Part shown: positions 31,801-46,031 of the stretch, in pieces | Layout: every line of letters starts with the position of its first letter | How positions within the stretch are numbered: position 1 is the first letter of the stretch | Origin: the human T2T-CHM13v2.0 reference genome, Homo sapiens | NCBI RefSeq assembly: GCF_009914755.1 | Contig: NC_060925.1 | Reading direction: 5' to 3' (one strand) | DNA length: 64,000 nt | Position numbers and translations under genes: made by a program | Notes under the pieces: model-generated | What the model was told of the DNA's origin: nothing | Database searches by the model: none | The model's input: only the letters and a program-made list of their open reading frames with translations

Positions 31801-32866
31801 AAATACTCCTGGTACAGGTAACACTCATAAGTCATGTGTATAGTACTCTCCAATTGACAAAACTTGATCTCATTTATTACCTATAGCATAGTGAGGGAGT
31901 TATTTCTGCATTTACCGAGGAAGAAAGAGAAGCTCAGCGACACTGAGGAGCTTCACAAAAGCATGAGCTGCTGTCTGACCCAGGCCTGTGTCCATTCAGT
32001 ACTGAAACCCTCAGGAGAAATGTTTTACTTTGATAAAACAGATCCCAGTGAGAACATTGTACTCCTGGAGGTGGGGGGATATTGAAAGGAGGAGGCAGGT
32101 GCAGAAAGAGGAGTTGGAGCCCCTGAGATAAACTTTATCTTCTTACAGTTTTGCCCAGGGCCAATCCTACTTAAGTCACTTTTCACTCCCTCAACCAAAC
32201 ACAGAGGCCCATCTTCCAAACTTGACTAGCATCCAACTTAAACACTTTGATGAAACCCAAGCTGGGAAAGGAGGTTGGTCTCAGCATTTTGGTTAATCAT
32301 TTATTAAAACCACCTTAACAGGGATCAGTGTGTAAACAGCTGAGCCATTTTTGCTAAAACCCAGAGCTAGGATGTCAGATTGGGCAAATATTTGACAAGC
32401 AGAGAAAGGTCTTGGTGTAGAATGCATTTTCTAACACATAACTTGTACTTTGCTAGACCTAAGAATTGGCACCTTCCCATGTTTTCAGCCTCTCTCCCCA
32501 CATTTTTCCTGGCCAAGTCAGTCAAAAGCAGGAGTCCATGGGTCCCTCTGTGCTGAATTGGGCCTCCTGCTTGGTAACCAAGTAAATGAGCTGAGAAGAC
32601 CCCAACTGTTTCTCAGCCAGTAGTTCCCACCTGTCCAGCCTAATAAGACAGAGACGGAAGAGGTATGGAGATGTGCACTTGAGGGAACTTTCCAGCTCAG
32701 GCCAACAAGACTGCAATTAGGAGATTATCTGATCTACGAACCCATGTGGTGCCTGGAGAAAAAGAAGGAATCAGTTGAGAAATAAGCCCTTAACTGAAAG
32801 GGAGGGAAAGAGACCTTTAATCCTTATTCACTCTCCTGTGACTACTCCCAAATAAAAATAATTCCT

Positions 32867-33205
<339 letters not shown>

Positions 33206-33393
33206 CTAGTGAGTATCTACTTACAATGTGCCAGGTAGGTACTGGCTCCAGCAAGGTATATATTATTATTCCTGTTCTACAGATGAGAAGGCTGAGGCTC
33301 AGAGAGGTTAAGTAACTTGCCTAAAGTGACACAGCTGCTAAATGATGAAGCAGGATCCAAACCCATATCCGTCTAGCTTAAAATCTCATTCCA

Positions 33394-33703
<310 letters not shown>

Positions 33704-34013
33704 CTACACCATACTGCTTGCCAGGTAATATAAAGAGAGAGAAGTTCTTACCATTATTCAGTGCTTATCTGCAGGTGACACAGTAGTCATATTCGAAGTA
33801 GTGGTGGCAGTAGTAACAGTATTGTAATGTGCACCTCATAAAGCAGTTGTTTTTATTCTGGAGGAAGTAAATTCCCTAGAAAACTTTCAAAAAAGTTTTA
33901 TTTGTATGAATTACGCATATTTTTCTAGGTAGAGAGAAACATCTCTTTTTTTCAAATTTTCAAAAGAGTTTTTAAAATCAAAAAAAGTTAAACCCACTGC
34001 TTTAAAGAGAGAG

Positions 34014-34160
34014 TCAAGCACAATGGCTCATGCCTGTAATCCCAGCACTTTGGGTGGGTGGCTGAGGTGGGAGGATTGCCTGAAGCCAGGAGCTCAAGAC
34101 CAGCTTGGGCAACATAGCGAGACTCTGTCTCTACCAAAAAAAAAAAAAAAAAAGAGAGAG
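34014..34160 (+). mobile_element. Alu monomer (FLAM-like)
   Basis: Left arm plus A tail. Confidence 0.8.
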
Positions 34161-34322
34161 AGAAAAGAAAACAAACCCTATGATGAAATAATGAAAAAAA
34201 TAAAATTAAAAAATGAATTCATAGAAGTAGTTCTCACTATCCAGAGGTTCACAGGGTTAAAGCAGAGCTAACATTGAAAGGAGGAGAACATGCAGAGAGC
34301 AGAAGAAAACTGATAGTTCACG

Positions 34323-34457
34323 TTTTTCTTCTTTCTTTCTTTTCCTTCCTTCCTTCCTTCCTTCCTTTCTTCCTTTCTTCCTTCCTTCCTTCCCTCCCTC
34401 CCTCCTTCCTTCCTTCTTTCCATCCTTCCCTCCTTCCTTCCTTCCTTCCTTCCTTTC
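34323..34457. repeat. (CTTT)n/(CCTT)n polypyrimidine microsatellite grown from the Alu tail
   Basis: Visible directly. Confidence 0.95.
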
Positions 34458-34718
34458 TAACAGAGTCTCTCTCCATTGCCCAGGCTAGAATGCAATGGCA
34501 TGATCATGGCTCTCTGCAGCCTCAACCTCCTGGACTCAAGTGATTCTCCTGCCTCAACATCAAGTAGCTGGGACTATAGGCCTGCACCACCACGCCCGGC
34601 TAATTTTTGTATTTTTTGTAGAGACAGGGTTTGCTATGTTGCCCAGGCTGGTCTTGAACTCCTGGGCTCAAGGGATCCTAAAGTGCTGGGATTACAGGCA
34701 TGAACCACCATGCCCAGC
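34458..34718 (-). mobile_element. AluJ
   Basis: Alu consensus match. Confidence 0.87.
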
Positions 34719-34768
34719 AGTTAACATTTTTCATTAGGTATAAATCAAGAGTTAAAGATAGTGTTGGG

Positions 34769-35205
<437 letters not shown>

Positions 35206-35864
35206 TAAAGATAGTGTTGGGATGCTTGGGTTGAGGCAAGTGGGAAGAACCTTATGTGTTAGGTGGAGTCCAAGGAAATTACAAACCTGGTTTGTGTAGA
35301 ATGATTGCATGAAGAAAAGGAAATTTCCAAGGTGGAAGGCCTTCATTCTAGGCATATATTAGAACATTCATAGAAAGGCTTGGAATGAGTATGAAAGCAA
35401 AATCATGTTTTACTTCAACACTTCAGGAGTAGAAAAACCACACCCAGAGTCAAGACACTAAGGCACCTGGAAGATGGTGAAGTCTCTGAACCTCCCCAGG
35501 TTTCAGGGAACTTAGGTTGGCAGTGGTTAACCTGCAAGAAGCTGTTTCCGTCTACCCTCCTTGCTGGTCCTTTGGCCAGGCCACTTCTCCCTCCCTTGCC
35601 CCATGGGGCGGGGGACGGGAAGCGGCAAACAGTGGTTTCTCATCAGCACCTGGAACAGGTGCAAAGGGAAGCCTGAGCAGGGTTGGGGAACTGGAAATGA
35701 CACTATTGAGACAAGGGGAAGGGTGAGTGTGCAGGATTTTCTACTTCCGGCAATATTTGTGTGGCAATGCACCCAGGGACTTGGGAGTCACAGGGCCATG
35801 AAGAGGCCAGGAGCTCAGCTTTCTTATGTAACTCCAAATATTTCTTCTTGCTTTGGCAATTTAG

Positions 35865-35953
35865 AGAAAGGATCTTCTTCCTGTAACGTGCGCCCAGCTT
35901 GCACAGACAAAGATTATTTCTACACACACACGGCCTGCGATGCCAACGGAGAG
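35865..35953 (+). CDS. ELAPOR1: Exon 8 (89 nt): [12 protein letters not shown]...DANGE
   Basis: caatttag|, |gtgggt. Confidence 0.96.
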
Positions 35954-36429
35954 GTGGGTAGTACAGTCTTGGAGCCCCTTAGCCCCAGATGGACTGTCTC
36001 CCACTCCCTGAGGTTTGCCACCATTTGGAACTTCAGCAGTCAATGACATTGGCACTAGTTAAAACCCCACAGACCTTTGAGGTGACCCTAGGGCTAGGTG
36101 GGGTGGGGGGCAAAACGAGACCTCTTCATTCATTTTCCGGTCAGAAACTGTTTTTGCAGCGTTTGTTTCACTGTTTATGCACATATGTTCTGTTTCAAAA
36201 ACCCACTTCATTCTCTCTTGCTTGGTTTCTTCTATTTGCCGAGCCACTCCGGCAGAGCCTGCCTGTCCGTACACAATGTCCTCCCGGGGCTCTTCAGGCT
36301 CACCCCCTCGGCACTGTTTTGTGGGCTGGCACGGGGAATGGATTCCTGCCTATGGTCTGACTTGTTCCGTTTCTGCTGCTTCTCTTTCCTCCAGGCTTTC
36401 TGCTTCAGAAAAGAACTTTCCCTCCTAGT

Positions 36430-37130
36430 CTACACTGTCACTGAGTCAACAAGCATTTTTTGAGGCTGACTGATATGTCAGGCCTGGCACTATAGGCTGG
36501 GGAGTCAGAGACGACTGAAACAAGCTCCTGCCCCCAGGGAGCTCACAGTCCTGTATGAGAGGCTGGAGAGAGGAGAAAAACGGGCCCAGTCAAGGCAACC
36601 AGAGGGATGTGCAGGGAACTGGGGGAGCCCAGAAGAGAAGCGACCAGGACTTGGGGTGGGGGCAGCAGAGAAAGCCTCTCAGAGGAGGCCATTTGTTCAA
36701 CAGTCAACAAATATTTATCGAGGAGCGACTCTGTGCCAGGCACGGTGCTAGGTGCTAGGCATGCATCACTTAACAAAACTGAGGGAACATCTAGCCCTTA
36801 TGGAGCTTAACTCTTGTTGGGGAGGGAGTGGAGAGAGAGATAATAGACAACAAATGGGTATATAATATAGCAAATGGTAGTAAGTGGTAGGAAGGAAAAA
36901 AAAAAACCAGGATTAGGAGAGAGAGAATGAAGGAGGGTGGTGCCACTATTTTAGAAGGGTAGGGATGTCCTCTCAGGAGGTGACATTTGAGCAGAGACCT
37001 GAAGGAGATGAGGGAGGAGCCGTGGAGCTTTCCAGGCAGCAGACACAGCAGGAGAGGAGGCGGCAGCTGGGCCAGGTGGGTGGAGAAACAGTGTAAGTGA
37101 GCAGGGAAGGGCTTGAGGTGCACGGAGAAG
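36430..37130 (-). mobile_element. L2 fragments
   Basis: tcaacaaatatttatcgagg...ctctgtgccaggcacggtgctagg; gaggtgacatttgagcagagacctgaagg. Confidence 0.8.
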
Positions 37131-38996
37131 GATCTGGCTGAGCTGTCTGTATCCCTAAGCTAGAGATTCTCAAGGGGATAGAACTAGGAGTTGGGCATTC
37201 TGCACTCAGCACTAAGCATGATGCTTGGCTCTTAGGGAGCATAAACATTTGCTGGCTGGGCGGCTGACTGAATTCTCCCTTTCCTAACTAAGCATGGGTT
37301 AAAGTCTGGTCCTTAACAATGAATATTTTGCACAGTCATCTCTTACCAACACCACCTCCCCCACGTATTTGGGGCATCATCCCCTTCTCCAGCAGCCAAG
37401 AGAGAATGGCTGTGTCTTGTCAGTTGCACCTTAGACTCAGTTCTGTGGTGTCTGGTATTCTGTATGACCTTGTGAACATTTATTTTCATTTTCTTGGTCT
37501 CAGCCAACTCACTAATAAAAGGCAGACAATTAATCCTGCTGCTCTTCTCCCTCCTGTTCATAACATGTGACTGAATGTGGCTGTCTTTCCTCCCTTCTGC
37601 CCCATTCTCTTCCCTCCCTGGGCTCACGCCAAGGCCTTCTGGGTCAGTACCGTGCTTGCTGCCTGAAAGCCCGGGTGTCTGCCTTGGCCTGACCACTGCC
37701 GGGGCCTTTAGATGCTGGGTCAGACCAAAGCCTGTGTTCCCGCCTTGCAGCACAGCCAAGGCCCAGCTCAGAGGAGGAGCACTGAAGCGTGTGCTTTCAG
37801 GAGTGCGCATGAACATGCATTCCCCAGCTGTTCCTTGCAGACTTCTGCTTTGTGCCTCATTCCCGCACTGGTTCTGCTCAGTCTGGTGATTGAGTTTGTC
37901 TTCTGAACAGTATTTTAAAATCAAGGGACACACCTCGAGCTGGCTCCTATGATTACATTTCTGACCTTGGCTGTGCCTCAGTTGTTTCTCAGGGACCAGG
38001 ATGGCCCATCCATTGGGGTCAGTGAATGTGCTGCTCCAAGAGCTGGCCCGAGACAGTTTGCCAGCTCCTAGGACTCTCCTCTCCCTGAGACTCACAGGAG
38101 GCAGGTGAGGTTCAAGCCTGGGGCTCTGGCTGTCGCAGCCCTCCGCAGGGAAGAGGGCCGAGCTGAGCAGGGGAAGGAGGAGCCCAGGGCTCCCCATCAG
38201 TTAAGGCAGTCTGTGTCCCTCCTTAAGGACTTGTTTCTTATCTTGAAAAATATGGACAGAGGCCTTATTCATCCTTCTTTTCATATGTATGGTATCTGCA
38301 CAGATCATGTTCATCAACCCCTCAGTTCAACCTATAAGGGCACGTTTTTGTCTGTGACTCGATCTGAGGGCCACATGGGAAGAATGGAGCTGCCCACCTT
38401 CACCCCTGACTCAGCCGGGGTCTCCTGCGGGTCATCTCCACTTCTGTACCCAATGCAGGGGCCATGTTTCATTCATCTCTGAGACACCAGGTCTGGCACA
38501 TAGATGCATTAGGATTTACCCAATAAATAAAAGAGCAAAGAATGTACCACTCAAAAAATAAGTGGGGACATCTCAGCCACCCCCTCAGTCCCCGGGGGAC
38601 ATCTGAGCCACCTCCACCCTTGTGCCTTTCTGTGTTCTGGGATTTTCACCAGCTGCTTTTCCTGTGACCTTGGTAGCAATAAGATTCTACAGTGGAATCG
38701 GAGCTTTCTCTAAGACAACTGGTCCCACATTCTCTGTCATAAAGTCTTCATTAGAGCTATTCCTTGTCACCCAGGCAACATTCATTTGGCAGATAGTGAT
38801 TGAACACAACCATGACTCAGGCACTGGGCTAGGTGCTTGGGATACATCCGTGAGCCACACAAAGTTCCCCACCCCAGAGGAGCTCTTACCTGGCCCAGAA
38901 TCTGGATCTCTGCCCCCAGCCCCTATCCTCAAGGTAGAGTCCCAAAGATGTCCTAAATCTCACACAGGCTGAGTTGTGCTTAATCCATTTCTGCAG

Positions 38997-39174
38997 ACAC
39001 AACTCATGTACAAATGGGCCAAGCCGAAAATCTGTAGCGAGGACCTTGAGGGGGCAGTGAAGCTGCCTGCCTCTGGTGTGAAGACCCACTGCCCACCCTG
39101 CAACCCAGGCTTCTTCAAAACCAACAACAGCACCTGCCAGCCCTGCCCATATGGTTCCTACTCCAATGGCTCAG
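38997..39174 (+). CDS. ELAPOR1: Exon 9 (178 nt): [13 protein letters not shown]...YSNGS
   Basis: tttctgcag|, |gtaacc. Confidence 0.97.
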
Positions 39175-39885
39175 GTAACCTCCTCACCACCCCACTCTCT
39201 GCAGCACATCGACTGTGTGGGTGGGCTGTGTGGGCACTAACAGTGGCCAGCTGAATGCAGACTCTGCCCTTCCAAGGGAGGCAGTAAGGAATAAGGACCA
39301 GGCCACCTTTGAGGACTAAATTCAGGAGAAGAGAGGTCAGGGCTGGCCTCGTCTGCAGGTCAGAGTCATACTTGAGGCTGCCTTCCTTCCTCCTTGCTCC
39401 AACTGCAAATGTGACTCAGGACTGAAGGTGCCCAATCCTCAAAGCAGGGCTTCCAGCATATGGCAGAGATGCTGACTAGGCTTACAGGGCTGGGATGACC
39501 AACCCCACACAACCAAAACCTATAAGCCATGCTGCCTTGGGGGGATTTGAGTACCTGTTAAAATGAAAGCATTTAATGATAATATGACAATAATATGAAC
39601 TATATGTATCAGACTAGAAGGTACATTTAAGTTTTGAAATGGAAATTGGGGTGGGCAAATAGGATGGTTGGCATATTGGAATGAAGGCTCAGTGTTTACA
39701 TCTTGAGTTAAATACATTGTCAGAATGTTTTTGAGTCAACTTGATACAACTTCCTGCAGCAGTACTCAGCAGCCAGGCTTCTGGGCTGCCCGCTACTGTT
39801 GCAACTTGTCTGTGTGGCAGCAGCTCCAGTCAGAGTGACTGCAGCCTTCCCACTGAATGCATGGATCTTGTTTGTGGTTCCCCAG

Positions 39886-40014
39886 ACTGTACCCGCTGCC
39901 CTGCAGGGACTGAACCTGCTGTGGGATTTGAATACAAATGGTGGAACACGCTGCCCACAAACATGGAAACGACCGTTCTCAGTGGGATCAACTTCGAGTA
40001 CAAGGGCATGACAG
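39886..40014 (+). CDS. ELAPOR1: Exon 10 (129 nt): [10 protein letters not shown]...EYKGMT
   Basis: ttccccag|, |gtaatt. Confidence 0.97.
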
Positions 40015-40411
40015 GTAATTGCCTCTCCCTGTGCCATGAGCTGTCAGCTCCCTGCACACCCTCAGTTCTTCCAACTTCACATTTCTTCATAATAGTGATG
40101 TCTGAGAAAAATAAGCTAACCATGTCATGCATTCCCTTGAAAGTTCCACTCCTCATGGACATATGTTCTGCCAAGACAGCTTTAGAGGAAGGAACAGAGC
40201 TAGAAACATGAGCGTGCACTTCAAAGGTCTTGCTCTGAGAGCTTCAGGGTTTTTGACCAAAGTGGCAGGATAAGTAATACGGTTCATGTTCAGTGGTGGT
40301 TCTGGGCGCCTCAAAAGATGGTGTCAAACCTCCCTTCCAGAGTGTCATCTGGGTGCACATTTGCCTTGCACCCAAGAGCACAAGGCATTAACTCTCCTCT
40401 TTCCTTTTCAG

Positions 40412-40502
40412 GCTGGGAGGTGGCTGGTGATCACATTTACACAGCTGCTGGAGCCTCAGACAATGACTTCATGATTCTCACTCTGGTTGTGCCAGGATTT
40501 AG
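40412..40502 (+). CDS. ELAPOR1: Exon 11 (91 nt): WEVAGDHIY...VVPGF
   Basis: ccttttcag|, |gtgagg. Confidence 0.97.
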
Positions 40503-41729
40503 GTGAGGAATCCAAAGCCCAGGGGAGTCCAGGCCAGCTTGGCCATATCCGAATCCCACGTATTTTGGAATATTGTAGAGGAGAGGGCTTCCGGGGTTGT
40601 GTTTCATTTCATTTCAAATGTCAGTTGAGAACAGAGGGTACAGTTTGACCGAGGTAACCCAATGCTATCACGTTTTTCAAGTTGCTGCCCATGTTGATTT
40701 ACCGACTGCTCTCTCTCCCGTATAGCTTCTCCCAGCCATTAGTCACGTGCTATTCAAATTCTTCCTCCTCACAGCATCACTTAAGATTAGAAAAAAAATA
40801 AAAATAAAAAATAATGGGGTCAGAAATGCCCATAGACAGTTCATCTTTATTTGGGGCAAGAAGATTGGGAAGGATTATTCTTACTGTATTTGTCCCCATA
40901 TCCCAGGAAGACCTAGGGCAACACGAAATTTGTTTCCCACTAAACAAACAAACAAACACGCACACACACACACACACCTCCTGGCAGTGTGGTGTGGTGG
41001 AAGGAACACCAGACTGGAAGACAGGGCACTTGTGCTTTGCCGCTTACTGGCCGTGCGACCTTAGGAAAAGTCACTTCACCTGTTCAGGCTTCGGGCCCCT
41101 CATCCATAAAAACAGTGTGTGATTTAAGACTAACTGAGGTTCAGATGGCTTTTCCAGCCCGCTGGTTAACACAGCTGCATAGAGATAAGCTGAGAACTGG
41201 AGGTCCTCAGAATTCAGGCAAATGGCTAAAGCCAAAAGGAAAGCCGTGAATGAATTTCCAAGGCCAAAGTGAACTCTTCTGCCCATATGTGCTCTAAAGA
41301 TAAGAAGCAGGCACTGAATATGCTTCCCTAGTGCCAGTCTGACACCTTCATTTCCTTCTTCGAGGTCCCTGCTTCCCATCCCTGGGATGTTGCTCAGTTT
41401 GCCTTCCCTTAACACACATTACTCAGAGCTAGCCAGATGAATGAAGCCTGTGTTTGCAAGGTGAGCAAACTTTTTAGGCTTTTTTTGGAATAACATTCAA
41501 AAAGTACTTTCCAATTTGCAAATCTGATCGTCATAGTAAAGTGTTGCCTCATCCCCCATCCCCACTACTACCCCAGCCCGCTTGGGCATGGCTCTCTCTT
41601 TCCCAAAAGTAGGACCAAACGGAGGACTTTGCTGGATCACAAATTCTGCTCCTTTAACCCCGGCAAAGCTCCCCAGTGCTGGAGAGACAGCTGCTGAGTA
41701 AATGTCAACAATTTACAGTCTTATGATAG

Positions 41730-41890
41730 ACGTGCTTCTCAAACATAAATGTGCACACGAATCGCCTGGGAATCGTATTAACATGCAGATTCTGATTCAC
41801 TGGGCCTGGGAGGAGCCTGAGGTTCTGCAGTTCTAATAAACTCTGGGAGATGGCCATGTTGCTGGTCTGTGGACCATATTCTGCTAGTGA
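41730..41890. mobile_element. MER5A/B (hAT-Charlie) DNA transposon
   Basis: gaatcgcctggg...atgcagattctgattca...gctggtctgtggacca. Confidence 0.8.
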
Positions 41891-41974
41891 GGTGATACAG
41901 CATTTTATAAAGGACCGCCACATCTGTCATGCCTTCAGGTCTCCCCGCGATGATGGGGGGTAGGTAAGAAAGAG

Positions 41975-42085
41975 ATTTCATCACCTCCATTTTACAGATA
42001 AGGAAACCGTGGTTTGGCTAGGTCAAGGTCACATAGCTAGGAGGGCAGAATTGGATTTAGTCCACACGCTTTCCATCATACTCAG
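41975..42085. mobile_element. MIR fragment
   Basis: ccattttacagataaggaaac...caaggtcacatagctag. Confidence 0.7.
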
Positions 42086-42185
42086 AACTTAACCCTGTCC
42101 CCCAGCAGACGCTCTGCTGTTGTCTGGGCTCTTCAATAAGCACTGCCTGGCCTTTAGAACTGACTTTTAATTTCTGCCCCTACAG

Positions 42186-42291
42186 ACCTCCGCAGTCGGT
42201 GATGGCAGACACAGAGAATAAAGAGGTGGCCAGAATCACATTTGTCTTTGAGACCCTCTGTTCTGTGAACTGTGAGCTCTACTTCATGGTG
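42186..42291 (+). CDS. ELAPOR1: Exon 12 (106 nt): PPQSVMAD...ELYFMV
   Basis: cccctacag|, |gtatgt. Confidence 0.96.
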
Positions 42292-42545
42292 GTATGTTTT
42301 CCTTTCTTTGCCCGCTAGAGGGCCTCCAGGGGAGGGTTAGCCCCATCTGCCCCACTGGTGTGTCCACGTGACTGACACCCCCCCTTGTAGTGATTCCACA
42401 GAGGAAAGGCCCAGACTGACCATCAGGGACTTCACAGTTTAACAAGGGTCTCACCAACCGTGATGGCACCTGGGATGGCAGCCACATGGGCACCCACTTC
42501 CCCTCTGGCCATCGCACCCGCTTCACTTGTCTGTCCTGGGTTCAG

Positions 42546-42683
42546 GGTGTGAATTCTAGGACCAACACTCCTGTGGAGACGTGGAAAGGTTCCAAAGGCA
42601 AACAGTCCTATACCTACATCATTGAGGAGAACACTACCACGAGCTTCACCTGGGCCTTCCAGAGGACCACTTTTCATGAGGCA
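42546..42683 (+). CDS. ELAPOR1: Exon 13 (138 nt): GVNSRTNTP...TTFHEA
   Basis: gggttcag|, |gtaagt. Confidence 0.96.
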
Positions 42684-43430
42684 GTAAGTTCCTCCCCTTC
42701 CTCAGACCCCCAGGAGAGACCCTCTGAACCCAGGAGGATTCCTAGCATTAGCTTAAGTATGAGTGTGAAGTTCAGAATCTGAGGGTTAGAAGGATCTCAG
42801 GGGGTCAAGCAGAAAACTGCCTAACCCAGCCCTCTGAGGACCACCTAGTCTTGTCCAGCTGACTTCCTGGAAAGATGACACCATAAGAAATAAGTTGGCC
42901 CTCCTTGTAGTCCCTGCCCTGATACATGTGTTACCAGACTTGTTGTTGTTTTTAATAATAACAACTCTGGTTTTAGTTTCTTAACTCAAAGGAATACAGG
43001 CTCATTGCAGAAGACACAGAAAATAAAAATAAACAAAAATAAGAAATAAAATCAGCCATAATCCTACTACTCAGAGATAAACCAGTTAACATCTGGACAA
43101 TCTCCTATACACTGTTTGTTTCTGCACAAGTACATTTTTTTCTCTTTTATAAGGAAAAGACTTGCTTTTTTCATAAAACTGTATATATTATATTTTCCCC
43201 ATGGTACTTAACATTTTTATATGTCCTATAAATGGTTCAGTCTCATTTTAAAATGACATCAAATGCACACGAAGAGCTACTGGTAAGTGAGTAAAAAGAG
43301 TCAGATGCTTCTCAGATTCTTCTTAAGTATCACAGGATAGAAGATTAAGTACCTTGCTCTTTCTAGAGGCCTCAATTGTTGCTGCTGTCTCAGGCCTCTC
43401 CCCTCTCCCCTCTTGTTTCCTTGTCTCCAG

Positions 43431-43694
43431 AGCAGGAAGTACACCAATGACGTTGCCAAGATCTACTCCATCAATGTCACCAATGTTATGAATGGCGTGG
43501 CCTCCTACTGCCGTCCCTGTGCCCTAGAAGCCTCTGATGTGGGCTCCTCCTGCACCTCTTGTCCTGCTGGTTACTATATTGACCGAGATTCAGGAACCTG
43601 CCACTCCTGCCCCCCTAACACAATTCTGAAAGCCCACCAGCCTTATGGTGTCCAGGCCTGTGTGCCCTGTGGTCCAGGGACCAAGAACAACAAG
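43431..43694 (+). CDS. ELAPOR1: Exon 14 (264 nt): [10 protein letters not shown]...GTKNNK, Cys-rich
   Basis: ttgtctccag|, |gtacct; ORF track 43413..43721. Confidence 0.97.
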
Positions 43695-44189
43695 GTACCT
43701 GCAGTCTGGCATGCATCCTAAACCTGACCCTCTGCTTGGATGACCTCAGAAGATGCTGGGTCCTGGGTAGGGTTCTTGAGAGGCTGATACCCGAGTGCTC
43801 CCCCTAGCATACTCCTAGGTTGGAGTCCTGGAGGACACCCATCCAGGCTGTGACTGTGGAGGGTTAGCAGGGCTTAATTTCCAGGGTCCAGGACTCAGTC
43901 ACTGACAAGTCTCCTCTTTAGTTGGCAGGTAAGAGAGGTTGGTGACTGTCTGGTCCAGAGGGTTATTTGGCATCTGTGCAGAGACCTAAAGGGAAGGAAC
44001 AGTGGGGTGAGGCCTGTGGCTTATATTCAAAAACGTTCAATCCAGCCTGTTATTATGGAAATCTGCCCCTTCTTTGGAAAGATAGAAACCCAACCATTGC
44101 TGGGACATATGATAACTGGCATTGCTGTCTTCTATCCCAGTGGCTTCTCAGCTTTACAAGTATAAGGATTCCTTTCCTAAGTGGAAAAA

Positions 44190-44392
44190 AGCTGGGTGCA
44201 GTGGCTCACATCTGTAATCCCAACACTTTAGGGGGCTGAGGTGGGAAGATCACTTGAGCCCCGGGGTTCAAGGTTGTAATGAGCCGTGATTGTGCCACTG
44301 CACTCCAGCCTGGGTGACAGAGCAAGACCCTGTCTCTAATTAAAAAAATAAATAAAAATAAAGGCACATTAAAAAACTAATAAATAAATAAA
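44190..44392 (+). mobile_element. Alu monomer (FRAM/FAM-like)
   Basis: Single arm with AT-rich tail. Confidence 0.82.
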
Positions 44393-45240
44393 GTGGATAA
44401 GCAGTGTTGTTGCCCCCATGTACTTTCTGCATCTGAGAAGTACTTATGACTAAAAGCTTTTAGATATTAATCGATGCTTTTAAATGAATTTGCATTTTAC
44501 TGATCACAACTACATGCACATACATCTGTAAAGCACTATCAATATGTACTCTGCAAACGTTGCCTAGTTCATCTGTGCAATAAGTGCAGCGATTCTACAG
44601 ACTCCTGGCAACCTCTTTCGGGTACCCTGGACTTTTGCCACAACCTTCCTTCCCTGGAGCTCCCTCTGCTGCTGTGGGAGGGAATGACAGTTGTGTGCGG
44701 CTACCGCTGAATGGTGACCCTAAAACAGAGCAATGAATGGGTTTATGGGAAGAAAAGCCCCTTTCGGAGTTCAGTTTCCTACAGAGAACCTGAGAAACAG
44801 GAAGCAGAGTTCAGTGAGTTTTGCACTGTGAGGGGGTGAGGAGGGAGCAAGAAAAGTTTCTCTTCTCCCATCTCAGATACCCTTTTCTGGTTAGTGCCTC
44901 ATTGTCTTCTGCTGGAAAGTAAAAAGGATCCTCTTGTGTCTTGAGAGGCTTCTATAATCTAGGCACAGGGTTATAAGGCTATAGAATTTGTCCAAACTCC
45001 CTTCTGAACAATAACAGATTTAGGTTTGTCCATCATATATGTGCTAATAATTGAATGGCAAATGTACATAAATCCCACTAGTGCCTGTTTCACTTCTTTT
45101 ACTAGCCACTCCTAATCCTTTCTTCCTCCTCTTGACCCCATTTGGGCGGGACCAGACGGGGGAGAAAACTGCTACTCTTGGCTGCAGGCCCTCAAGGCCC
45201 TTCCTGACCAGCTGGCCCGACCCGTCCCTCTCCCCCTCAG

Positions 45241-45414
45241 ATCCACTCTCTGTGCTACAATGATTGCACCTTCTCACGCAACACTCCAACCAGGACTTTC
45301 AACTACAACTTCTCCGCTTTGGCAAACACCGTCACTCTTGCTGGAGGGCCAAGCTTCACTTCCAAAGGGTTGAAATACTTCCATCACTTTACCCTCAGTC
45401 TCTGTGGAAACCAG
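45241..45414 (+). CDS. ELAPOR1: Exon 15 (174 nt): IHSLCYNDC...SLCGNQ; start of the M6P-receptor-like region
   Basis: tccccctcag|, |gtaagg. Confidence 0.97.
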
Positions 45415-45596
45415 GTAAGGTATACCAGTTGACAGGGTGAAAATTGAATGGGGGAGGCCCATGGATCAGAAGCCAGAGACAGACACAGGAGAAAACCAGA
45501 AATCCTTCAGGCAGCAGAGGGTTGAGGAGCTTCAAAGGTTTTTACATATTATTCTCCCTGAGGACTTTTTCCCCTAAAATTAAATAATCAGGATTA

Positions 45597-45977
<381 letters not shown>

Positions 45978-46031
45978 TTACCTGACCTTTATTTCCTCAG
46001 AATGAGTCTATTTAAAAATATGCAGGAGGAA

